NCBI GenBank assembly: GCA_021613535.1
Contig: CP075494.1
Coordinates: 15,128,001-15,192,000, forward strand
Length of the DNA stretch: 64,000 nucleotides
Direction of reading: 5' to 3'
From: Adineta vaga
Taxonomy: Eukaryota; Animalia; Rotifera
The translations under genes were made by a program, and so were the position numbers. The notes beneath the pieces are model-generated. The model made no database searches and had not been told where the DNA came from. It worked only from the letters and a program-made list of their open reading frames with translations. Of this stretch, positions 29,427 to 41,814 are shown one piece after another; positions within the stretch are counted from its first letter, which is position 1; every line of letters starts with the position of its first letter.

Positions 29427-30940
29427 ATGAGTTCAGAACGTTCAATTTCTCCTGATCCGTTACCCAGGTCACATTCCCATTCAAGCGTTATTCTTATCGG
29501 TGATAAAGATAGTAATGGTCGTGCTGCTCGTCAATCTTCATCAGCAGTACAAAAACGTCGACGAGAAAGTCCAAAGTAAAATGGCAAACAATTTTGTTTT
29601 CCATTATTTTATTTTCTATTTTAGTCGAAGTCCCACGCCACAATCACCACGTTCATCGATCTCACGATCACGTAGTCGTAGTCCAATCGGAGGTTCACGA
29701 TCACCCGTTGTTCGAAAGGAAAACAATCGCCGTTCGCCATCTCCACCTCCACCACCGAGTTCATCAAAACGACGTCGTAATAAAGAGGGTGGCAGTTCCG
29801 GTCGGCATCTCTGTGAACTTTGTAAGAATGATGTCGATGAAGCTAAACGTTTATATGGTGTTCTTGACAATTGCGATCATGTCTTGTATGTTCTTAAATG
29901 AATTCAATCTTGAGCTAAATCATTCTTTTAGTTGTTATGAATGTATCGTTTCATGGAAACGTTCAAGATATAGTAATGCTGAATCGGAAAGGTATAGAAT
30001 TACTGATTGATTTGACAAATTAACAAGAATTTTTCATATTTTAGTTGTCCAGTGTGTAAAGTTCGTTCAGCATTTATAACACCAAGTAAACATTGGTTTG
30101 AAAATAAAGATGACAAATCACGTATCATCAATAAACATAAAGATCATCTAAAGTAAGTGAATTTTCTTGAAGAAAACTTTCGTTCATATTTGAGCAAAAA
30201 AAACTCAACAACAATAACAATGAAATCATGCATAAAGATGTTAGTGATCTTCACTGTCTCATTGTTCTAGACTCGTGTTTTTATTCGTCGCTCGAGTTTC
30301 TTCTCAGATTAAGTCCATTATTCTTAAACAGATTTATTTGAATTACTATTGATTATGATTTAAACGAGTATCCATTTATTTACTTTGGCTTGTTAGAAAT
30401 ATTTATCTCCAATTATCTTTGGAAGAACAACCAAAATATTTATTTTTTACTATCCAAAGATTTTCAACTGTATGTATAGATGTGCTGTGATTTTTATCTT
30501 TATATCCGAATGAGCTTGACAAAAGAAATTACGCATATTGGTATATATGAATATCCATCTTCTCATCTTTCTCTTCCGATTGATTTTTATGAATTTAATT
30601 ATTGATTAAATTTTTTCTTCTTTTCTCAAGGTCACTTCCTTGTCGGTATTATCTTCGTCATGGATTTTGTCGATATTCGGATCGATGCTTCTATGATCAT
30701 CATGAAGCAGCTAAACAATATAAACAACAAAATCCACAATCAAGAGATCGTGATCGTGATCGTGACCGCGATCGTTATCGTGGTGATCGTAGTGATCGTG
30801 GTGATCGTGGTGACCGTGGTGACCGTGATCGCGATCGTCATTATAATGGTAGTCGTTCACACCATCATTCACCATCGCCACCACCACCAGCACCGTCAAG
30901 TCGATATTCATCCTCACGTCATCGTGAACGTGCTTATTAA
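29427..30940 (+). CDS. Makorin-like RING E3 ligase (C3HC4 RING + C-terminal CCCH) flanked by RS- and RD/RG-rich low-complexity regions
   Basis: 'CELC...YGVLDNCDHVFCYECIVSW...CPVCKVRSAFITPSKHWFE...PCRYYLRHGFCRYSDRCFYDH' is the makorin RING + final CCCH. N-terminal 'SRSRSRSP', C-terminal 'RDRDRDRD..RGDRGDR'. Confidence 0.8.
30744..30840 (+). repeat. Coding tandem repeat (GATCGT / GGTGATCGT)n encoding RD/RGD repeats
   Basis: Direct 6- and 9-nt repeats seen in the sequence. Confidence 0.85.
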
Positions 30941-31695
30941 TTCACCAAAAACAATAGAACATTAAACAAGAAAAGAGTTTTTTGTTTTCTTTGTATATGT
31001 CATTGATTGAAAATTTATGAACGAACACAAAATGCTTTTGTCGTTGCTCTCTTGTTGCTTTCCCTTGTTTGTTTGTTTCTTTGCTTAAGAAAAGCCTTCA
31101 TTACAGATCGTCTTGTTCTTTTTTTTTCTTCTTTTTCTTCTTTTGCTGTTGTCTATCTGTCTAATGTCTTTTCTTCTTCCGATTATATCACATATAACCT
31201 CGAATCTCCCTGTTCAATGACACGTACATATTAACTAGAAAATCAAAAAAAAACCTAATTGTGTTGTTTGTTTGTCTCTAAGATAAAACATAAATTTAAA
31301 CATTTCTCTTTCGATTCTTTGTTAAACTAGTTTCTTCCACCGAGGTCAATTTATTCGAGAGATCATGCTTTTCTTTAGATGCATCTCAGAAGGAAGACTT
31401 GACATTTTTTTCAATTTTCATTTCCCTCGTATTCCACAATAACACAAAAGATACTTCTACATGCTTCAAAAGGATCATTCATTTTCAAATACACTTTATC
31501 ATCTCCCACTCGAGAAGTATTTCTATCATAAAATAACAATTCTGTTCATCAAGAATACTCTATAACTAGATATATACATTCACGAAACCTCATTCTGAAT
31601 AGGCTAACATCACAAATGGGTCGTGTTGAAATGTTTTTCATTGTACATGATATTTATTACTGAACAAAAATAACGTTGAATGACAAAGTAAATGT

Positions 31696-34598
31696 TTATT
31701 CGCCACAATAGACACCGCCATCGTCGAGAATTTTCGGTGATGATAAGTTTGGAGCTAAAGATAGTCTCACCATTAATAATTGTTTTTTATGACGGGTAGT
31801 TATATGTCGAGACGATGATGTTCTTCGTTGTGTTAAAGCAAAATGTTCATCATGATATTTGTCATGTTCTTTTCTTCGTGCTGCTGCTGATGATGATGCT
31901 GAATTACGTTTACGATCATTATGACGATGAAAACATAGAGAAAATGATTGATAATTCGAAGGTACTTCAGCACTTGCCACACTATGTTTGATTTTTTTCA
32001 TTGTTCTTTCTCGACGTTCATGATATTGTGTTGATGCCCGTTGACTTAAATCTCGTTCATATGAATTCTGTATAATATTTTCATCATTCAAATCTTCTTC
32101 GACAAAGATTCGACATGGATGAAAACATTTCAAGACAATTAAATATTCTTCACGAAATGATTCCGAAAGAAAAACATATAAAACAGGATTAAGACAATTA
32201 TTTGCATAACCAATTATTGTTGTTAAATGCGTCAATTCACGAAGAAAGCGCATATGGGAATTGATTGGTAAGATCGAAAAATTCAAACGTAATGAATGTA
32301 TTAAAGGTTCAATGGTAATAAAGATTTGAAGAAACCAGTAAGGTACCCAGCAAATAAAATAAGCAGTAATAACTGCTAGAACAATCCGAGTTACTTTTCG
32401 ATGCGAACGTTGTTTGATTTCGGATTTATGTTTTCGGCGAATATGACTAAGACGTATGAGAACAAGAACATAGAATGTTGTGATCATTGAAACAGGTAAA
32501 AGAAAACCGAGTAGAAATGCGTAATAAGTAAATACAATTTCAGGTGGTATTGTAAATATAAGTGATGGAAAATCAATGACGCATCTAAAATAATGTATAA
32601 ATTTTTCTTCTTACGAAATGTATCTAACAATTTCCTAGGTCATTGTAAAGAGAACTCTCGTTCATTCCTGATAGCTTTAGGCATAAACATACTTAAAAAT
32701 AATTATGATACTTAATTCTATCGAATCCTTCGGATTCAAATCAGGAGAGATACTCTCGTATGTCAATAAATGCTCTAGTACATGTTTCCGTTCGTGAAAA
32801 ATTAAGAAGGAAAGATAAGTCCAAAGAACATCGTTCTGATTGTTAATGACGTCAATCGAATAGGTTGGGCTTGAAAAGTTTAAACATAATCGTCTCTTTC
32901 CTTTTTTCTCATTTCATGCTTGAGAAATTAGATATACTTTTAGTTTCATATTCATATCATGTTTTTCATTCAAAGGGATTCGTAAATCTTTCGATGTCAA
33001 TGAATAAGTGATTAGCAAATGAATCATTGTTCTTCTTAGCGTAGGTTTAACATAGATTTCACACTGTTAATTAAGAAAAATCATAATTTTCTTAATCTAT
33101 AAAATCTCGAAATAGACGAAGAAATATTTTTAAAAAAAAAGATTATGTAACGCATTCGAATTGTAATTAAACCAATATTATTTATAGTCAGTTCTAAAAA
33201 TGTTGTTTTTTTTATCCCCAAGACATAGAGGTCCGCAGGAATTATATTTCTATTCTTAATTTGTGATTACAGTGATGCGTGTACGAATAGACAATAACAT
33301 CCTATGCGAAAAGAAACTAAGTACAAGACTAATGAGTTTCTTTCCTGAATTTCATTCGTCGTCTATCGACTTCTAATGAACTCAAAATATTCATCTCTAT
33401 CAAAGAGAACAAAATTACGTCGCTTTTTAGTTGACATTCCAATAAATTAAAGGATATTTTTTTATTTAAATTAACAACTGAATTACAGATATTCATTAAT
33501 TTAAGATGACAATCGTTGTTCTTCCTTTTATTATCCAGTACGGATGAGAGGAAAATATATTGATCAAAACCAGTTCTTATTATTTTGCATCTCTAATCAT
33601 ATAAGATGTCATCTGTCGAATTGTGTTCTAAAAAAAACTTCTTAGAAATCTGTTTTTTTTCTCTTCAGGGATTTCTATGATCAAAGTATTAATTCATTTG
33701 ACATGAAATAAAACGAGAAACATAGCTATGTGTAGTTCGCCTTCATTAAATTACACTCTTTACCAATAGATGAAGACTTTTTAGAATAAAAAAAAAAGAA
33801 GAAACTACACGCTGTACGTTCGTCATTCTTCCTTGTATGTTAAACAAGCTATTCCGACGTGAGTTATTTTGACTTAAGAAACAGCTGATTATATTAATTC
33901 AACGTATTGAACGGAAAAATATGTCTAAGTGTCTACTTCTCAGTTTTGTTTTTGACGAAACAAAAGAATAATGAGATTTCAACTTACTTTTCTACTCGAT
34001 AACCGAACCAGACCACATACTTTTCCGACGTGACTGTTGCAAAAACCCATGTAGGACACAGAAGAAGAACGGAGATGAGCCAACATCCTTAACGGAAAGA
34101 TATTGTAAAAGAAAATAGATTTAGAAAGCGAAACATTTCTTCAAACATACCAGCAATTATCAATACACATTTCGTTCTTGTACGAAATTCAATAGCTCGA
34201 ATTGGATGACAAACAGCCAAATATCGATCGAATGATAATGCAGCCAATAGTAATGAACTCACATATTGATTGATATGAATGAAATTAAAGTACATTTTAC
34301 ATAAAATATTGCCAAATATCCATCCATTAGCAAGGATTGTTATAATAAGAAATGGTACACTCAAAAGAAGAACAAAATCAGCAATAGCAATATTGAGTAA
34401 ATAAGTATTGGTCACTGTACGAAGACGTGATGAACGAAGTATACTTATAATAACAAGACCATTTCCGAATGTGCCAAGAAAAAATAAGATCGTATAAATT
34501 GGAACAAAATAATAAATTAAATTATTATTTGTTGAAAGTAAGATTTCTGTATTTGTATTATTTGTAAATAACATTGAATAGTTGTTATTATGTAACAT
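31696..34598 (-). CDS. Class A GPCR, somatostatin/allatostatin-C receptor-like
   Basis: 'GTFGNGLVI', 'LRTVTNTYLLNIAIAD', 'SFDRYLAVCHP', 'YAFLLGFLLPVSMI', 'RKVTRIVLAVITAYFICWVPYW', 'YANNCLNPVLYVFLSESFR'. Exons ~34598-34151, 34088-33989, 32584-31696. Confidence 0.88.
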
Positions 34599-35486
34599 AT
34601 CGCATTGGTTTTTAATTATTCAATTAAAATGAATCTATGTGCAAGACGAAAGAAAACTGAGCTACAAATAAAACTAACCGAGAGAGAAAATGGAAGAGAA
34701 GAAAGAGACAGAGAGAGAGAAGATTTAGTTTTTTTTTCTCTCTTCCGCTTTCTTTTTCTTATTATATCTTTGTAGAAAACAAAAACGGAAATACGAAAGA
34801 CGATCTTTAACAAAAAAAAAGAGAGGAAAGAATGAATGAAAAGCGATCGTAATTATCATCATTAATAACGACATTGTGATCTATTCTAAATATACTCTTG
34901 AAACTACTTTCATCAATATCTTTCAAGTAAAAAAAGAACATTTTGTTTTATTCGGTTATAACTCACTATTCGAAGAAGACATCATAGACAAACCGAACAT
35001 AATTAAATAATTCAAATAAACAGACAGAATATATGATGTTCTTCTCATCTGACACATTCATCGAGGGTAGTTTTTCTTTCTGCGTATCAAATAAAACTGA
35101 CTTAGAATCTAGTAGAAATTCTAACATTACCTTGATGAGTGAAATCGAAAGAAAATCTCCATAAATTTCTTTTCCAAGCTTATCATTCAAGTAGAAATTA
35201 TAAGTTCCTTTCGAATAAGTTTTCTCTTTTATGTTCATCAAGAGTAAATTATTATGTTTACAATGACAGTCCTTATCATTTATTTCGAAGAGAAAAAAGG
35301 AAACTAACGATAGATCGTTTCCTAATGCATGTGACAAGAGATTAATGATAACATGCATGTTTAGGTTTCCGGCGATTATCTATGTTGATTTAGAGTTAAT
35401 TCGGTACGTAGCATGTTACAAAATAAGAAAATAACATGAAAACAGTTTCCTCTAGAGATCAACAAGATAATATAAAAGTCTTATTT

Positions 35487-36464
35487 TTAAAATCGTGATG
35501 GGCGAATTCGTCGAAGTGTTTGATTTGCTTTAAGATAAAGACGAATTGTATGAGAATCATTATTACAACATTTGAATGTTACTCGACAATTACGTTTCAA
35601 CCAGAAAGCCGTTCGAAAACGTGTTGCAATTGTTTCAATATTGTAATTATGATTTGTTGACGAATGATTGATAAGAAATTGTGCACTAGCATTGAGCTTT
35701 TTTAAAGAATGTAGATTTTGTATTAATAATTGTTCGAGTGAATCGATATATACAATAGGATCGACATATGATGTAAATATAGAAAGATTTTGAAGATTAG
35801 GAAAATAGACAGCAAGAAATTGTAAACATAATTGATCGAAAGTGATTCCCATTGAAAGACAAGTAAGTCGAATGACTGATGGTACGGAAAGAAAATTTGT
35901 TATTTTATCTCGATTTGTACCGAAAAGTGATAAATGTAGAGATTTTAATTTAGGAATATATTGAAGTAATTCAATTGTATCATTTAATGATATGTAATTG
36001 ATAGTTAAATATTCAATATTACTCATCGATTGAATCGTGTTCAATATGGAAGAACGAACAGTTAATTTATGATGTAAATCTAATTGAACATTGATTAATG
36101 TTGAATTTTCTAAGATAAATTTGAGATTTATTCCCGGAAGATTTGTGTTTTTAATACAAAGACGTAATAAAGTTGATGGAAATTGAAAATTTTCATTGAA
36201 AAAACATCGATTCAATGTTAATGAACGAAGATTTGTATATTCATTCAAACAGATCGGTGATATTGTAAGTACTAAGGATAGAACACGATGTGGAGAATAG
36301 ATAACATCTTCATTTTCTGATGAGATATGTAATTGACTATTGGAAATAATTTCATCGATTCGTGAGTTGATGTTACTGAATGAATAGAATAATTCGTGTG
36401 CCCAAAAATAATCAAAAATTGACAAAAATAGTTCCGAAGGGAAATCTTCCAACTGTGTTGTCAT
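35487..36464 (-). CDS. F-box protein with C-terminal LRR-like repeats (intronless)
   Basis: N-terminal 'LEDFPSELFLSIFDYF...LFYSFSNINSRIDEII' F-box, then repeats such as 'NLRSLTL', 'PKLKSLHL', 'PNLQNLSI', 'SLKKLN'. Confidence 0.8.
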   Translation of the reverse strand: MTTQLEDFPSELFLSIFDYFWAHELFYSFSNINSRIDEIISNSQLHISSENEDVIYSPHRVLSLVLTISPICLNEYTNLRSLTLNRCFFNENFQFPSTLLRLCIKNTNLPGINLKFILENSTLINVQLDLHHKLTVRSSILNTIQSMSNIEYLTINYISLNDTIELLQYIPKLKSLHLSLFGTNRDKITNFLSVPSVIRLTCLSMGITFDQLCLQFLAVYFPNLQNLSIFTSYVDPIVYIDSLEQLLIQNLHSLKKLNASAQFLINHSSTNHNYNIETIATRFRTAFWLKRNCRVTFKCCNNDSHTIRLYLKANQTLRRIRPSRF

Positions 36465-36771
36465 TGAAAAATGTGCGGCGGCGACGATGACGACAAGAAA
36501 AAAACAACTGTGTTGGTGTGGATCTTCATTTACTTCGTCTATGTCTATCTCTCTCTAAATATATAATATAATCGGAAATCATCTGTTTGGTAATATCAAA
36601 TACCAATTGTGTAGAAAAAAAAAGAACAGAAGATGGCACTAGAATATACAATTAGATGAAGTTATCTGCCAGATTATTCGTATAATTATATGTTCTTCTA
36701 CTATGTTTTATTATATAAGTTACAAAAAATAATATTTCCAAGTACAAAGGAAATCGTTTTAGTTTGGACAA

Positions 36772-38508
36772 TTATGATTTGTTCTGAAGTAATTTCTTTG
36801 CATTATTTAAACGTGAATTTAAATCACTTGTTAATTGTTCATTCATCGATTTTGTAGCACGAGCAAGTATTCTCGCTGCTTCTTCGTAATTTGTAACAGC
36901 ATTTTGATACTGACCTAATTTGTAATAACTATTACCAATTCCATCATAGAATGGAACAAGATCTGTATGTTCAGGTGGTAAATAAGTCAAACTATTTTCT
37001 AATGCTTGTTGATAATGTTTCAATGCTTTCGTATAATCACCTTTGTTCATATAATTTGTACCAAGTCCTCGATGTACACGTATAAGACGATGCGGTTGAT
37101 TAAGAACAGAAGAATCTTCAAGCATTCCAAGAAAAAATTCTTCTGCTTGATCATAATCACCTTTTTCCATGATCAGTTTGCCTAGATAAGATAATGGATT
37201 CATATAAATTTCACTACTACGTAATGATGACACAACACGAAGTAATTGTGGTTCATCATCATTAATAATGATCAATTTAATCAACCACATCATTTTCGAT
37301 TGTTCAATAATTTGTTCAATTGATTCAATACGAAATACCGTATATGCGCTGAAAAGAATTCCATCCCTTCCACTCGTTTCCATTCCAAAAACTTCTTCAA
37401 GTGAGGCAAATGGACTTCTTGTACTACGTATTGTTGAATTAGTATGTATTTCAAAAACAATACCTATCATTTCAGGATGAGTAATAAGACGATGACATAT
37501 AAAATCAATCGCTAATTCTTTGTTTGTATCAGCCATGAAGAAAGTTGCTATAGAAAGAAGACCCTGGGAATTATTTTTGATTAATGTTTCAAATAATTCA
37601 TTCGACATTGTCTTTCCACGATAGACAATCCATTTCTTTTCGGTGATAGTTGAATGATTATCTTGAAAGATATTCAATTGAGCACATACATGTTTAGCAA
37701 AGAATCCGATTTTATAATGAATATCAATTTCTTGTGTTCGTTGAATACGTTGGATGATTCGCCAAAGAAAACATTCACGTGTCAACCATATTAAAGCTTT
37801 TTGTGGACGATAATTCGTTTCGAAATCTTGAATGGCACGTAATTGTTCTTCATCATTGACATAATGTATTCGAAGGATATTAATCAATTCCGTTTTTGCA
37901 TTTATTTCAAATTTCAAACGAAAGAGCATCTCTCTCATTAATTGCATTAGAAGAAACGATGCTTCTTGTTGCTTGCGTTTCACAGATATCGAACCATCTT
38001 GATTAGAAAGAGAAAAAGTTGAAATATTGATAAGATCAAGTTCACATAAGTCAGTATCAATTTTTAATTGTTGACAAAGACTATCGATATCATAAAAAGT
38101 GTTCGATAATGATGAGGAGGAATAATCTCCATTTTCTTTACTATGTTGAAAAGATGGATCTAAAACATAGATTTTTTCTAATTGTGGTAGATTTTGAACG
38201 CAATCAAGCCATGAATCCATAATTGGTACAATTAAAAAGACTTTTTCAATGCGAATTGTATTGATATAAGTAATACATTCATTGGAATCATTGAATATTT
38301 TCAACCAAGATATCATATGGCGAAGTTTTTTTTTTTCATTTTCGATATCGAGTGACGAATTTGACAAAAACCAAATGAGAACGAAATTTTCCATAATACG
38401 AATTGATTGATTCTTCGATGCCAAACTTTGTACGACAACCGGAGGTTCATGTTTGACTTCTAGAGGTTCGACTACATTGGATTCTGGTTTTGAATATGAA
38501 CAACCCAT
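36772..38508 (-). CDS. ADP-ribosyltransferase-fold + TPR protein (degenerate catalytic motifs), intronless
   Basis: 'ALIWLTRECFLWRII', 'VYRGKTMS', 'IVFEI', 'PFA', 'ILF..YTVFRIESI' mark the ART fold. C-terminal TPRs 'LGKLIMEKGDYDQAEEFF', 'GDYTKALKHYQQALE', 'IGNSYYKLGQYQNAVTNYEEA'. Starts MGC. Confidence 0.8.
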   Translation of the reverse strand: MGCSYSKPESNVVEPLEVKHEPPVVVQSLASKNQSIRIMENFVLIWFLSNSSLDIENEKKKLRHMISWLKIFNDSNECITYINTIRIEKVFLIVPIMDSWLDCVQNLPQLEKIYVLDPSFQHSKENGDYSSSSLSNTFYDIDSLCQQLKIDTDLCELDLINISTFSLSNQDGSISVKRKQQEASFLLMQLMREMLFRLKFEINAKTELINILRIHYVNDEEQLRAIQDFETNYRPQKALIWLTRECFLWRIIQRIQRTQEIDIHYKIGFFAKHVCAQLNIFQDNHSTITEKKWIVYRGKTMSNELFETLIKNNSQGLLSIATFFMADTNKELAIDFICHRLITHPEMIGIVFEIHTNSTIRSTRSPFASLEEVFGMETSGRDGILFSAYTVFRIESIEQIIEQSKMMWLIKLIIINDDEPQLLRVVSSLRSSEIYMNPLSYLGKLIMEKGDYDQAEEFFLGMLEDSSVLNQPHRLIRVHRGLGTNYMNKGDYTKALKHYQQALENSLTYLPPEHTDLVPFYDGIGNSYYKLGQYQNAVTNYEEAARILARATKSMNEQLTSDLNSRLNNAKKLLQNKS

Positions 38509-39361
38509 TAGAGAAGAGAATAAAATTTAACATGACTTTTCATATCTTCAGATTTCTTTCATAGAGTATAAAAATAGCAGCTAAGAACATGTCGTCTCTT
38601 TCATTAGTGTTTAATAAATCTATAGAATATATGAAACAAATAGAATGCTTTTAAAACAGTCAATCTAATTTTCTTAATGACATGATTCTTTTATTGACTG
38701 TTTTAAAGTTGTTAACATAAAAAGATTTCTTCTTGAATAAGTTTATACGAAGTTCTACTTTTAGATGAGTCTTTCCCATTGATAGGTCGATGATATAAGT
38801 CATTGTCACATGTTTTCTCAGAAAAGAAAGATGTTGCGTGTTGTTAACTTAGGAAGAAGTAGTCATAAAAGGAAACATTTTCTTCCAACAACGAATTCAT
38901 TTCAATGAAAATAAAACTTCTATTAAAATCTTTAATGTAAACAAATAAAATGTCGCTGAAAGGCTTTCATTCTTTTTCGAATGTATTACGTCATTATGAT
39001 TTCATGAAAGAGAAAATATCTTCCCGTATTACGTCAAAAAATAATACAAGGTCTTCTTTTCTTCCCAAACATAGAGAAAATTTCGTTTTTCTTGCCCATG
39101 ATGATCAAACATGACGCAGTTTTTTTTCCTTTTCTTTTCGAAGCACGCTTTTTATGAGAAAGCTTCTCCATAAATAGTCAGTAAATATTGTCATTATGAT
39201 AATGATAAACAGCATGTTGTTATTTATATGAATCATTTTTTTCCTTCTGTTCTTCAGCATTTCACAATTGTCGACACATAACGTTCTTTTATAAATAGAA
39301 AACATCAATCGACTTATTTCTACTTAAGTTTTTATATACACGTAAGAAACTAACGTACAAA

Positions 39362-41814
39362 ATGGCTGAACCATCGAGCACATTTGTTTGTCCGATTACT
39401 CATGAGCTTATGATTGATCCAGTTATTGATCCTGATGGAAATAGTTACGAACGAAAAGCTATTGAAGACTGGCTTCGTCATAATCAGACTTCCCCAATTA
39501 CACGTACACCTCTCACGAGAAGCGATCTTCGTCCTAATCGTGCTTTACAAACTGCAATCAATGAATATCGTAGTTCTCTTCAACCTGGACCACCAACAAA
39601 TCATGCTTCTCAAGTAAGTTCAGCACCATGTGAGCTGACAGTCAATGGAAACTATGGAAACGGTTTTGTTCATATTTCAATTCAACCACCACCGGATACC
39701 GCACGTTCTCCATGTGATATTTGTTGTGTAGTAGATACATCAGGTTCAATGGCTGTCCAAGCTGAAATACAAAATGATTCAAATGAAAAATTTGGTTTAT
39801 CTCAATTAGACTTGGTCAAACATGCATTAAAAACGATTATACATTCACTTTTACCACAAGATCGTTTATCAATTGTATCATTTGCAAATAGTGCGACAGT
39901 TTTATTTCAATTAACAAAGATGAATGAGGATGGAAAATCAAGTGCCCTAGCAGCTTTAGGACGATTAGAGGTTTGGATTTAACTTAACATTAATCTGTCA
40001 CAATTGTGATCATAATTTTTGTTCAGGATAGTGGTCAAACAAATTTATGGGATGGTCTCCGAGCTGGTCTTGACGTTTTATCAAAAGGCCAACGAGCAAC
40101 AGGATCTAATTCAGCGCTCTTTCTTCTAACTGATGGTTGTCCTAATATTGAACCACCTCGTGGTCATTTACCTACATTAGAAAAACTAAAACAAAAGACA
40201 AATTTTACTTGTACTGTCAATACATTTGGTTTCGGTTATGATTTGGATAGTAAACTTCTTGAAGATATAGCTATATTAGGAAACGCTGGTTCCTATGCAT
40301 TTATTCCTGATGGATCATTTGTTGGAACGATCTTTGTCAATGCTGTCACGACATTATTAGCAACTGTCGCAACTAATGTTCATGTAAGAATTCAACATTT
40401 TAGAATAATAAAATACTTATTTGTATTTCATTTTTAGATATGTATCGATGGACCACGTATTGAACCCTCTGATTTTACACGATATTATTCAACGCGATAT
40501 ACCAATACAGGTACAATATTTGATATGGGTTTGATAACATTTGGTCAACAGAAAGATTTACTTATTCCTCTAATGTCTGATTCATTAAATTCTTATGAAT
40601 TTTCAATCATCTATGATACATTAGCAGAAAAACGAAAAGTAACGAAGTTTAATATCGATAAAAATCATCAACCAGCAGTTCTTCATCATATCAATCAACA
40701 AGTATTTCGTCTTCAATTGGTTCATTGTGTACGCACAGTTTTTGAAGAGATGCGTAAACAGAAAAAGAATGCAACTGGTGAAACAGAAGATTTGCGAAGA
40801 GGCATGAGTCAATTGAAAAGTTTAGAAAATGAGATGAGAAATTGTACAGATTGTAATGATGAATATATCAAAGATTTACTTGCTGATTTAACTGGACAAG
40901 TTGATGAAGCAACTTCAAGAAATGATTGGTTTTCAAAATGGGGTGTTCATTTCTTACCCAGTTTAACTCGTAAGTTTAATTAAACTTCTCTTATGAAGAA
41001 AGAAGACGAGTTTTGTTTTGTTTTGTTTTAGGTGCACATCTTCTTCAATATTGTAATAACTTTAAAGATCCCGGTGTCCAACATTATGGTCGCGGTGTCC
41101 TTTTTTCGGAAATTCGTGATGAAATGGATACTATCTTTTGTGCTCTTCCCGCCCCCAGACCATCCCAACAAACTGGTGCACAGATTGATATGTCTGTTTT
41201 TAATAATGCATCAGGTGGATGTTTTCATGGTGGATGTACAGTACGTTTAATGAATGGTACAACAAAATTAGTACAAAATGTTCAACCAGGTGATCAAATA
41301 GCACCACATGGAGGAAAAGTTACTTATGTTGTGAAAACGAAATGTACTAATGGAAAAAGTCAAATGGTTATAGTATGTATTTGTTTTGATTAGTATATGA
41401 ACAAGTTATATTTTTTACAATGATTTTTAGCTTGAAAATGGTCTTATAATTACAGCATGGCATCCAATTCGTCTTGACCATCAATGGTTAATGCCGTGCT
41501 CATTTGTTTCTGCTCCAGTTGAAGTCACTTGTGATGAAATCTATAATTTTGCACTTGATCATGGTCATACAGTATTAGTTAATGATACTGAATGTGTAAC
41601 ATTAGGACATGGATTTCAAGAAGATATTGTTCGACATAATTATTACGGAAGTGAACGAGTTATTGATGATTTACGACGACTTGATAATGAACAAAATCAT
41701 TCTGGAATTATTGAAATTACCGAACAAATCTTAATACGTCACGAACAAACAGGAAGAGTTCGAGGTTTACAACAACAAATGACTATTAAACAACAACAAA
41801 TACCAGTTCAATAA
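39362..41814 (+). CDS. U-box - vWA - Vwaint - Hint/Vint protein (5 exons)
   Basis: U-box 'FVCPITHELMIDPVIDPDGNSYERKAIEDWL...SPITRTPL...LRPNRAL'. vWA MIDAS 'VVDTSGSM', 'QTNLWDGL', 'LLTDGCPN'. Vwaint 'WFSKWGVHFLPSL.RAHLLQYCNNFKDPGVQHYG'. Hint 'GG-CFHGGCTVRL', 'LIITAWHP', 'IYNFAL'. Vint tail 'CVTLGHG...HNYYGSERVIDDL'. Introns ~39971-40027, 40384-40437, 40970-41031, 41373-41430. Confidence 0.9.

Noticed and set aside
30660-30965. Hydrophobic (IVIVVIVV) and His-rich ORFs on alternative frames
   Set aside because: These are by-products of the GATCGT repeat encoding the RD/RG tail.
34966-35358. 130 aa minus-strand ORF
   Set aside because: No recognisable motif, composition resembles AT-rich intergenic DNA, no splice support.
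41220-41814. True intein or Hedgehog gene
   Set aside because: There is no homing endonuclease, no terminal His-Asn/Cys junction, no Hedge domain and no signal peptide; the context is vWA-Vint.
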